Shown: positions 52,851 through 64,000 of the stretch, one piece after another | Position numbering within the stretch: the first letter of the stretch is position 1 | How the letters are laid out: every line of letters begins with the position of its first letter | Source of the DNA: Chrysomallon squamiferum | Taxonomy: Eukaryota > Animalia > Mollusca | Direction of reading: 5' to 3' | DNA: 64,000 bases | Assembly (NCBI GenBank): GCA_012295275.1 | Contig: CM022670.1 | Location: 31,000,001-31,064,000 of the forward strand | Program-made: the position numbers and the translations under genes | The notes under the pieces: generated by a model | The model's input: the letters and a program-made list of their open reading frames with translations, nothing else | What the model was told of the DNA's origin: nothing | Databases searched by the model: none

Positions 52851-54110
52851 TTATTTAAGCATTATATTTTGTTTGTTTTATTTTAACTTTCTTAATTTGT
52901 TATTTCTTGTTGTATGGCTGGCGACTCGTCAGTTATAGTTTTCAGATGACAAAAAGATGTATATAACTGTTAATTAATTTATTTTTCGTAGATAATAGCA
53001 TACATAGAAACATATATACATATTTACATATACCTATACATATATACATACATACATAATACATACATACATCCATACATACATACATATACATACGGTC
53101 ATATTATCATAACGCTTTTCATTAACAGTCATTCAGTGTTTATGCTTACCAGTTTTTCACAACACACACACAGTGGTCTACTTTCACTCACTCTTCTCTC
53201 ACACATACACATTCGCACTCACACTTAAACACACATTATGCATTTCTGTTAATTAAAAAGTATACAATGCAGATTGATAGCATTTATATTACAAATAAGA
53301 ACAAATAATAAACAAAGGTCATAAGAAATCGATATGCATAAACACACGTTATTAATTTCAACATGAAGTACAGCATATTTCTAAACAGGAGTAAGGGAAT
53401 TAATAAAATGTTTTAATTTAAATAAATACAGTGTACCTATAAAACTGAATATTTTTTACATTTCTTGTGAATATGTTTTAACTCATCTTACAGAGTGGGT
53501 ATATGCAGATAATGCCAACATGTAATTCAAACGGCGCGCGCACGCACACACGCACACGCACTCACACACACACACACACACACACACTACATCAAGTAGA
53601 CAAAGAGGTCCGCTTATCCCATTTCATATCGAGGATTTGGACAAACAATACCTGTCACTCAACATAGAAATGCTCATTATGTTTACTGTTCGATACATCC
53701 ATTCGTTCATCCGTCAATACATACCGAAATGTATGCATGCATTCATACATATATACATTTTATAGTGTGTATGTGTGTGTGTCTTTCGTCACAATATTTC
53801 ATTTATTTTTTAATTAAAAATAAACAAATAAATATATTAATTAAAATATATTAATGATCCGACTAATACATCTTAATGTTAAAAGATTCTTATTTTAATT
53901 AATTAATTAATATATTTACTTATTATTAGCAGTGTTATGATCGTCAAGATATGTATACCAAACAAATGATGTCACACAACGGACAACAATCAGGTGTGTA
54001 TGTGTGTGTGCTGGTGTATATGTCTGTGTGCGTGTGTGTCTTAGTCAGTATTTCATTCATTTTTAATAAATAAATATATAAAGCATATTAATAATTTTAT
54101 TTTAATTAAT

Positions 54111-54157
<47 letters not shown>

Positions 54158-54482
54158 TAACCACAGACTAAAACATTTAGTAAATATTTTTTATATTAAA
54201 ATGACATTGCAAGTAAAATAAAGAATGGCAGTTTTGACACCTGAATAAAACTATGTGTACAAATTTACAGTTAATTAATTATTTATAAATAGATACATTT
54301 TATATTAATTTCTTATGTTCAAAGATTTGTATACATATATATTAAATCGAGACAGAAATAAGCTGAGACATGTTAGAAATGAATCGATCCATTTGAAACA
54401 TTAAAAACTAGTTTACGAATAAAGGGAGATAATCAATCAAAGTAACTGGCATACGCAAAATAAAACAAGGACCAGTCAAACA

Positions 54483-57400
54483 ATGTCTGCCTACGAAAGC
54501 GTACAGGGTGGAAGTTTGAAACTAAAAGGCGTTGTTGATCACAAAATCAAAAAGTAATAACTTAAATATATTATTAGTTATAATTTTTAGAATCTATGGT
54601 GTTTATTTTATTCATTATAAAATAGGTCTATATATCATTAATGTTTGTATATAATGTTTTATAATGTCATGTGTTATCGTTAATAATATTTCATCGTATG
54701 GTTTAAAATTTGTTTAATGCAAGAACTTTATTTTTATTCTATCAATTATTTTATGGCGCATTAAAATAAAATAAATCAACAATTTTTATTTTTTTATTTT
54801 ACAAAACTACCAATACAAATAGTTCATCGTATGACTGTTTCAGTGTTTGAAATGTAACTCACTAACTGTCAGAAATGAAAAACACTAATACTGCAATAGT
54901 AATACAAATAGCATTAGTAATAGGTTGTATTTTAATGAGAAGAAACTAATAATTATTTTAAGTCATTATTCCATGCATAATATACAGTTACTTATAATGT
55001 GTTTCATTTTCTTTCCGTGTTAAGGAAAAAGAAGAAGGACAAACATAAAGAACGTGAAAAGTTGGAGCAAGCTGTATCTACGAAGGATGACACTGATCTG
55101 AAGGAAACTGGTCGTGCTGTTATGAGAAAGTCAAAGAAAACAAAAGCTGAATTGGCCTACGAAAGAACTAAACAAAAGAGGGTAAGTTATAAGTATTATT
55201 TAAAAAAACAAAACCAAAAAAACAAAAACATATTCAACACAAATTTTTCCCTCGATTTGTAAAATGTGTTACTGGAAATGAATTGTTTTTCCTGATCTGT
55301 TATAGGAGATATTTTTAATATAGATTTTTATAAAATTAAATAAAATTAGCATGGTACTAAATTGTTGCTTACATTTTATTAATTCATGGAAGTCCCAGTT
55401 AAATAATTTAAAAGTTTATATTTAACATATTAATATTTAAAAAATTAGTTACATTATTATAACAGATAAATTTGTTATTCATTTATATAATCTGAAATAT
55501 ATTACAGGGTTCATATGCATTTTGGAAATTTGTCAGTTTTCCAGGACCTTAAAAGTTTTGGAAAATCAGATTTTATCTTGGCTATGGAAAATTATGTCCA
55601 TTCCATAAAAAAAGAATGTATGAAACACAATATTTAGCCCTGATCCAATGTCCCATTTTCACCACTATAACATTATAGCCTAGCCAATGAAAATGGTTCC
55701 ATTTTGGTAGTTGTAGCCTGATCCCTAAACTTGGTTAAAAACTAACTGAGGATTTTGCTTGCATGGGAGATTTGTTTAATTATCAACAATAGGTGATACT
55801 TGTTACAAACTTCTGTCAGACTTGTTGTGATAGCTCTAAGTGGTCAGTGTTTATAATTATAGTACTCAGTTAAAATGGTACAAGTGGAAACCCATGTCAC
55901 ATTAAAGATGTCATTGTTGTAAACAAGGGTATAAACATTGCCAAAATTGTCTGTTGGAGGTGAGAGTTTTGAGAGTGTTACATTATATTTTGTTTAGTCT
56001 AGCCCAGTCTAGCCCAACAACAAATGTGTGGCATGTCTGTATCTGATCATGTTTCCTTGTTGGCGGCTGCCTGGACAATTGGCAACATAGGCATGTGAAC
56101 ATGTACACTATGCCTACATTATATTTAAGACCAAAGTAAAACGAAAGTGAGAAAATTTTCCTTAACCTAGAGTTTTTAATCACATCAGTACAAAATTGCA
56201 TGAATGTTTTTTCTGGGTTTTTTTTTAATTCTGTCGTGACGATTGTTTATAGTAACAAGAATTTTTATTTTGTTATTGAGGTAATAAATTGCGAAATATC
56301 AAAACTGAGAGAGAAATCCAACTGATAATTTAGACCACAAACCCATAAGGAGTAGGATTTAGGGAATTTTAAAGGTATGGGGATATTAATTGAATAAGAA
56401 GAAAGGACACAACAACTTTTTGTGAAGCAATACTTCTGTATTCATATTTCTGGCAACCTGCCTTACATATCATCATAGTTGTGTCCACTCCAAGAATAAA
56501 ACTGCATTTTAAAATGCCAGAATAAATAACATTAATTATTATTTTTTTTTTTACTAGTAATCCTACATATTCATCACACAGCTTAGTGAAGACAAACATG
56601 TCTAAAAACTGCAAAAACACTTTCCTTGGAAATAGTTGTGGAAATTTGGATTTGTGGGCTATGGAAAGTTTTGACAGCCCAAGGTGTATGAAGCCTGATA
56701 TTAATATAAAACATAATTATAGTTTTCATAAAAATTTATAACTGTGATATCAGCTATGTAATACTAAATAGATAATATAATTATTTTGTTTTTAATTTGT
56801 TTACGGTATCGGCCACATTACTTGATTTACCCACACTTTTTTCTGTATTTTAAACTTTTTAAGAGCACAGAAATTCAGAGTAGAGACTTGTAACTTTCAC
56901 AATTCTGAAATCAGATTTTTAAAACTGAAGATTTAGTTTTTTATACTCTATATATAGAAAGTTAACTTGTTATTGGTTAATGATTTTTTTTTTTGTTGTT
57001 CATGATTGAGTTTAGTGTTTAACATTCACTCTTTATTTTTGCAGTTAACAGAACAGATTCTGGAAAAGGCACGGACAAGTCACAAAGAAAGAATAATGGT
57101 ATTTATATTTTAAAATTCTTATTGAATTTTTATGCTAAATTAATTCTTCAGTTTGAAAACAGTTTTGATCTTACTGTTTTAATTTATATTCAGGAAAAAT
57201 TAAAATCTTGATAAAGACATCAAATTTACATTTTCAAACCCAAAATAAATTCCTTTTCTGTTCATTAGTGTCTCAGTATTGAATAATTTGACAATTCCTT
57301 CATATATATATGAGTCACTGGCAGGAACTAAATTATCTGGTCTAATCCTTACTTCACTGAATGTTAATTAATGTTTATTTTTATATTATTTCTTCTTTAA

Positions 57401-57757
57401 AATATGAATTTTTTTTTTTTTAAATCAAGTATACTGAAAGAAACTACAAAAAACACCTGGCCTTTTTAAACATCATCTGAGACACTGTTGCAGATATATT
57501 AATTTGAAGAAAAAACAACATTTGTACAAATTTCAAAGTCAAAGGAAAATTTGTATTTTATAAACTGTGAAATTTTAAAACATAAATACACATACATAAA
57601 TGGTTTCTTTTTTTGACAATTTATCTAATTAATTAAAGTTAGTAATTACTGAAATTTGATATTTTATTTTATTTTTATTTTTTTTTAGCATTTAAATAGA
57701 CATCTGGATACTCTAACAGAACATTTTGATATTCCTAAAGTCAGCTGGACTAAGTGA
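54483..57757 (+). CDS. FAM32A: Protein FAM32A (DUF1754 family; small basic spliceosome-associated factor), 116 aa, 4 exons
   Basis: Exons 54483-54553, 55025-55181, 57045-57098, 57689-57757. Translation MSAYESVQGGSLKLKGVVDHKIKKKKKKDK...KTKAELAYERTKQKR LTEQILEKARTSHKERIM HLNRHLDTLTEHFDIPKVSWTK* carries the LKLKG, KTxAE, SHKER and EHxDIPKVSWTK signatures. Confidence 0.93.
55505..56697. mobile_element. Non-autonomous DNA transposon in FAM32A intron 2 with CAGG termini and 6-bp ATATTA flanks
   Basis: Left CAGGGTTCATATGCATT vs rc of right CAGGCTTCATACACCTT (13/17; 10 of the first 11). ATATTA on both sides (55499-55504, 56698-56703). Subterminal TGGAAA repeats, and higher GC than the surrounding intron. 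Confidence 0.65.
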
Positions 57758-60402
57758 AAGCAAACGATGATAAAATACATTTTCTTCTACAACATCATAC
57801 ATTAGTAGAAATCATCTTCAAGTATTCCAGACATTGTTAAAGTTCATTATTCATTGATGGTGGACAAAGGCACACTATTTAAATATCAACTTATTAATCG
57901 ATTTGGACAAGTTATCTTCCCTGATCTTGCAACATGCAGTTTTTGGAAATACTGTTACTTGTCTCAGAAAACGCACAGCTTGATGTGGCATTTATGATAA
58001 TGAAACAGCAACCCATAGAAATGTTAATTTTTACTTTATTAGAAAATGTCAGACAGGTATTGGATTAAAGAATTATAAGTAATAAAAGAAGATAGAGGAA
58101 ATCATAAAATACTTTGTAAAAATGTTTCATTATTTAAATTTTATTTTATTTAAGAAACATTTTGATTCTTAAATTTATGCAGTTATGTTAAATATTATAC
58201 AGATGTATTGCCTTTTTTTCAGAAATTTGTTTTACCTTTGATTTATTATCATATTTTAAAATGAAGTGAATTAATTTATTAATTACTACAGTTAAAACAA
58301 TGGTGTGTTGTGTATCTATCATATGACAGTGGTTTTCAAGAACATATAAAGAGCTGTACTAGACTGATAACATTTTGGCCAGTTATTATAATTTGACTTA
58401 TCATTATATAACAGTGACAATTAATATAATTATATTTTTGTTTTAAATGTAGTTTTATTTTTTTTAAGAACTTCCCAGGCTACTTATTGTTCAACATATA
58501 TTCAGATGTTAAGGAGGTTTTGTAGTTCTTAAAACAATTGATAAATATTAATAAAATGGAGCAAGATGACACATATGTGATCGTGTCAGTATGAGGTGTA
58601 TATTTGATAAAGATATATATATTTATGTGTGTGTGAAGGATACAGAATTAATTTAATATTTAAACCAAATCAATAAATAAATTTATTAATATCTATGTTT
58701 ACTAAATTATGAAGATATTTTCTAAAATCCAAAGTTATTATATTTATGTTAATATAAGACTACATTCCTTTCCCAGTGGTTACTACCATGCTTGAGAAAC
58801 TTAACAGCTGCAATCTTATTTTCTTCCACTAGGATATTAATACATTTTTTTTGATGAAACCTAATTACTTTTACCACTTATTTGGTGATTTATAAAGCTG
58901 ACACGGTGATAAAATATAGTAAGGACATCTATTCAAATTAAAGTATCAATTAGAGTTAAAATGTTATTAACAAAACTTGTAGTAAGATTTTTCAAAGCAA
59001 CACACAAAACAATAATAACAGCTGAAATAGTTTTGCTTCCCTTCTTAAAGATTATTGAAACATGAGGTCTAAACTTACCTGAAACTTCTAACATTATAGA
59101 ATATGCATTTAAGGATTTTATGACGTATGTAACACAATTCCAAAATGGCCACTAAGAATAATAATATGCAATTTTTTAACTTTTACTTACCATAATAAAT
59201 TGTGTAAATTAGTAGGATGTAATTTTATCAATTTAGGTGAAAATTAATTTGTTGGAAACCGATACTAACTTATCAGAATCTCAGTTTCTGTCAGTGTTGT
59301 GTAAATAGGGAGTTCGCTAAACCCAGATGACGTTGCGGGAATTCTTTTGTTTTACCGATAACAGCTCATTATTTTCATTTCAAATTGTACATAATGAGCT
59401 TTAATATTATTTACAGAAATTAACAAAAACGTTAATTAAATATCATTAAAATATAATACTGTTATTGTGTTATGTTATTAATACTGTGTAACAGTGTGTT
59501 TAAGATAAGATATATAAAACAAATAAAAGTGAGTTAATCGACACGCGCGTTTCCATTTTTTTTTATTTTTTTTTTGTGCGGCCAAGCACCCGTTCACTTC
59601 AGCAAACGATTATGCCTTCAGCCCGTCCATACAAATAAACCGATGAGCATTAATTTTGAAGGAAAATCCTGTCTGCGTTACGTGATCATAGAGAAAACGA
59701 CGACAGAGTTATTTTTAACCTGTAATCGCTCGAAGAAAGAAGCAAAAGGGAAATTGTCCTGGAATAATGTGTAATTAACTTGATATCACTATTCCAGTTG
59801 TGTAAATAAATATTTTCTGAACAAGTATATATTAGTTCTAGATCAAAATAATGTTAGGCTGATGTAGTACTTGCAAAGTTTTTGAACCGATATACCGAAC
59901 ACACGGCGATCAAATATTAAAATGGCGGATTTTTCGTCTGCAGTAGTGAAAATAGCTTGTATAATTGAGAATACGGTTAATTGTCAATATGTAATCATTG
60001 ACGGTTTACAAATGCAAAATCTAATTTTGTTTAAAGCTATTTATTTTATGTAAGAATAATGTTTTGATATTTAATAAAATTTTAGCGTAATTTATGAAAA
60101 TACTAACCCCCTTCAATACTATAATAGAATGCTCCGCTACTCTCTTTCAAAATGGCGGGCAAATTTGTTAGGGTTGTTAGTTGCATTGTACTTAACAATT
60201 AGATAAAAATTGTTGAAACTACTTATCCAGTTTAAAAACTTCAAAGCGCTAATTGTTTCTTTTGATATATTGCTTCAAATGTTATCTTCTCACCTGTCAC
60301 TTAATAGAAGTAACTATTAATAATATTTGTAATAATTTTGCATTTTAATATTTTTGTTTAAAATAATGAAAGGAAAAACCATTAATCAATAATAATAATA
60401 GA

Positions 60403-60441
<39 letters not shown>

Positions 60442-60639
60442 CATCAACAACAATAATGATAATGCAAAACAAACTTGATCTCTAATTTATTCAAAAATTT
60501 ATTTGATGGCATTAACCTTTTTCATAATAAAATATCTCACAATAAATAAATCTTCAATATACATGATTAGATAAGGGTGTAGAAAATTAAGTCAGTATAT
60601 ATAAATTTGTTTCATAACAGCTCTCCATAATACATGTCT

Positions 60640-62444
60640 TTAACTTTTCATTCTGTGATGAATATGATATAGTGGTATGTTACTGTTCATGATTTGCTGA
60701 AATAGAAACAAAACTAGAATTTAGAAAAAATAAATGAAAGAATTATGAGAATAGTAGTTAAAAATTTATAGTATGAAAATATTTAATAATATAGTCATTG
60801 TTATTATTATAAGTAAAATCCTTTTTAAACTCCATGACAAAATTCAATTGAAAAAAGATATACAGTGGTACCTCAGTTTACAAGTGCCCCAACCTGTGAG
60901 TTTTTCGAGTTATGAGCAATTGCTTGGTCAGTGTTTTGCTTTGAGTTGCAAGCCACAATCCGAGTTATGAGCGAGCTTCGGATACACCACTGCTAATTGG
61001 CACAATTAACAACATAACATCCGGCCAGCATCCCGCATCTCATTTGTTTGCTTCACATGCTCACCTGGACCTGGAAGCATCTCTGTTATGTTGTGTTCAC
61101 ATTTTTGTGCAGTATTTTGCCAAAATTCTTTTTTTTCTGACCATGGATCATAAGAAAGTGAGTGCAAAGGGACAGTGCTGAGAAGAAGTGACTGATGTCC
61201 ATTGAATTAAAGCATGAAACCATAGAAAACCATGAGCATGGTTAGCATATAGTTGTTTTGGCTAGGCAGTACGAGCATAGAACCATTCTGAAGCAGAAGG
61301 AATCAATAAAAGCTGTAACTCCAGCCAAAGGTGTTAAAATAATTTGTCTGATCTCTAAGAGAAATACACTTTACAAAAACAATTTATTTCTTTACATTCT
61401 CTATACAATATTTGTCGTTTATAAATACATTTTTCTTATTTAAAAACGTTACAAGAAAACAAAAAGAAAAAGACACAGTGGTTTTAGCATACTGGCATGG
61501 ATTAATGGTATTTGAATTGATTTATATACAAGCAAATGAGTTATGAGCTAGGTTATGGAAGAAATTAAACTCGTAAGTTGAAGTGCCACTGTATATATTT
61601 GTACAGCCATACAATTGTGACATCATAAACATCTGATAGTTTTTCCCATGCCAGACTGACTGATGTCTTCAGCTTCAGTGGTTGGCATTTTTACTCAAGA
61701 GGATGGCATCTAGGTCATGCTCCATATATATTTGAAACTTTATATTTAAGAAGAAATTAATTTTAAAGTTATATTAGATTTTTTTTGTTTTTGATTTTTC
61801 TTTAACGTATTCACCTGTAATATGTTGTCTGTGTCATCTGTTTTATTTCTGTTCTCTGTCCGCATACTAGAAACAGTCTGAAAATAAAAATCCTCTATTT
61901 TAAAATAACCTGAAGAATTTTCAAATCATAATCAGAAATTCTAGCTGTCATTTACTTAAAATAACAATTGAACAGACTCATCCAGAAGAAATTTAATTTT
62001 TTTTTATTCTTCCCAACTAACTGTGTGGAATAATTATTAAAAACATAAAATACACTAATTCATGTATTATAGAAATTTAAATATATCTCTAATATTTTTA
62101 ATGACATAATGGTCTTAGATTATTATTTTAATATTTCTGGTATAATAAATGATTTTAGAATTATATTAATTGTTCTGCATCAAGGCTAAACAAAACAATG
62201 ATTACTAACAAAATTAATCTTAAAAATGCATTCCTTTCAAAACAACAATTACAATCATCAGGTAATATAAAAATTTAATATCGAAATAAATCAAATGTGT
62301 GAATGATAGTTTAACAACTCCCCAGCATAAAAAACATATGGCTACTGAATGTCAAACAAAGATAAATAAATTACACAAATATCATAAACTGAACAAGTCA
62401 AACATTTGTTGCTTTCAAAACCAGGAATTCGTATTAACAAGATT

Positions 62445-62476
<32 letters not shown>

Positions 62477-64000
62477 CATAACAGTAATAAAATGTATTTA
62501 TACTAACATAATAATATTGTTTCATTGTCTCAATATGAAGAGCATATCTTCCATAAATCTGCTTGACCAGTCCAACCATGTTAGGGTCAATGTCAAGAGA
62601 CTTAAGGGGGAGGGGTAGGTGGGTTTCCATCTGAATTTCTCCATGTTCAGGTTCATAGACTGTGAATCTTGACTTGATAAAGAATTGAAGAATGGGGGTG
62701 TACTTCTCAAATTCTTCTTGAACAATTTCCTTGATCAATCTTAAAATGTTTGTCAGATGTTTTCTTGTGTTCTTCTCCACTTCCCAGTAGTTGTAAGCCC
62801 ACTTGCTCTGTTTGTTTTAAAAAACAGACATGTCACAGTCAATCTTGAATACATTTTAATATTAATCAATTCTTTTCCTCTCTAATGATATGATAGATGA
62901 TATTAATGGATATAACTTTTATAAGGAAAAAGAATATTTGTTTCTATACTGATATGATAAATGGTGTTACCACTGCAAGAATTACACTTAGTAAAAAAAG
63001 GTTTTATTTGATGCACTATCATATGACAAATGGGTTCATTTTTGTTTTAGTTTCTCCTACTATATAAAATAAAATAAAATAATACTAAAGTTTATTTTGA
63101 GGGTGGAACTAACTGAAAGGAACATAAAGCATAAATAAATAAATAAATAAAATTAAAAAATAATAAAGGAACAAAAAAGTAGTATAAAACAAATAAATTA
63201 ATAAAATAATAATAAAACAAAATATTTCCAGAATACATATAAAAATAAGTGATCTTCACCTCTTCATAAACAGAGTTGGTCAAGGAATGAAGATGATCAA
63301 TTTCTTCTTTAGAAATGATGTCAGCCAGACAAGAACTTACGATGTCATGAACATTGTAGATGACAAAGGTGTACTGATTAGCAAGGTTTGTTGATTTCAA
63401 TCTATTAAAGAGTTTATTTGTTAAAACACTGATGTAATGATCATAATCCAGATTCTTTATTATTGGATGTCTCTTGATGTATTCCATATACTCTACTGAA
63501 AATATATTAAGATAAAAAAACAATAATATAAATAAATAGTATGATAAAATGACCATTCAGTATAATTTGTTTTTCTTTTGCATTGTCAGGAAACAAAATT
63601 GAGAAGTCTGCTCATATTTTCAAATCACTTTTCTATGTGTACAAAGATTTCTATGTTAAGCTGTGTAAATATTATGCTCTATATATAATTGATAAATACA
63701 TGTGTCATCCATATGTATTTTTGCCATATAAATCTTTCCTTCATTATAATGAAATGAATTTTATCATACAATCACAATAATGCTTTTTGCATTTCTTCAT
63801 GAAATTCTAAATATTAATGGGTTTTTAATAATGCTTAAAATAATGAAGTTGAATAATGTTGATAATAATCATGAAAAAAGGTGGTGTAATGATAATGATG
63901 GTAATGATGATTATACCTGAAACACCAATGTGCTGTTCCATTGAATTCCTAATATTCTGTAACTGTTCATCAAAATTACTAATCCATTTACTGACACTAT
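60640..64000 (-). CDS. 3' part of large lipid transfer protein C (third paralog; extends beyond the window)
   Basis: Minus-strand exons: 64000-63917 (partial; SVSKWISNFDEQLQNIRNSMEQHIGVS), 63495-63260 (...HLHSLTNSVYEE), 62807-62508 (SKWAYNYWEVEKN...EHGEIQMETHLPLPLKSLD...), 61877-61815 (TVSSMRTENRNKTDDTDNILQ), 60696-60640 (QIMNSNIPLYHIHHRMKS*). They correspond to exons 25-29 of A and B. The last two exons are less certain. Confidence 0.85.
60863..61591 (+). mobile_element. Internally deleted Tigger/pogo-family (Tc1/mariner superfamily) DNA transposon in the last intron of LLTP-C
   Basis: TA|CAGTGGTACCTCAGTTTACAAGT ... ACTCGTAAGTTGAAGTGCCACTG|TA: 23-bp TIRs (18/23) with TA TSD and an internal degenerate transposase N-terminus. 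Confidence 0.88.
61143..61344 (+). pseudogene. Degenerate Tigger transposase N-terminus (CENP-B-type HTH)
   Basis: MDHKKVSAK/DSAEKK*LMSIELKHETIENHEHG*HIVVLARQYEHRTILKQKESIKAVTPAKGVKII, with one frameshift and two stops. It matches the TIGD1-like N-terminal pattern. Confidence 0.8.

Noticed and set aside
53765-54110. Two loosely similar GT-rich then AT-rich segments about 260 nt apart
   Set aside because: Low-complexity sequence, so the similarity is not convincing.

Overview
AT-rich, microsatellite-dense eukaryotic (animal) genomic DNA with spliceosomal introns. It is probably lophotrochozoan or molluscan, which is an inference from protein architecture and repeat style. The window holds a cluster of three paralogous large lipid transfer protein (LLTP; apolipophorin/apoB/vitellogenin superfamily) genes. 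LLTP-A (782-25886, +, 29 coding exons, ~4162 aa) and LLTP-B (30020-52672, +, 29 coding exons, ~4271 aa) are complete and head-to-tail. Only the last five exons of LLTP-C (60640->64000, -) are in the window, converging on them. A small FAM32A gene (54483-57757, +) lies between B and C. All gene models were built by hand from splice sites and paralog exon matching. Main observations: all three proteins end after the helical region with no VWD domain; each complete gene has one 6.5-6.9 kb exon of TPF-type beta-strand repeats expanded differently in the two paralogs; only paralog A has a dibasic site at the apoLp-II/I cleavage position; paralog B has a basic C-terminal tail, a GC-AG intron and a tandemly amplified splice donor; both promoters carry HNF4/nuclear-receptor/GATA-like motifs. 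Several intronic DNA-transposon remnants are present, including a Tigger element with TIRs and a TA TSD.
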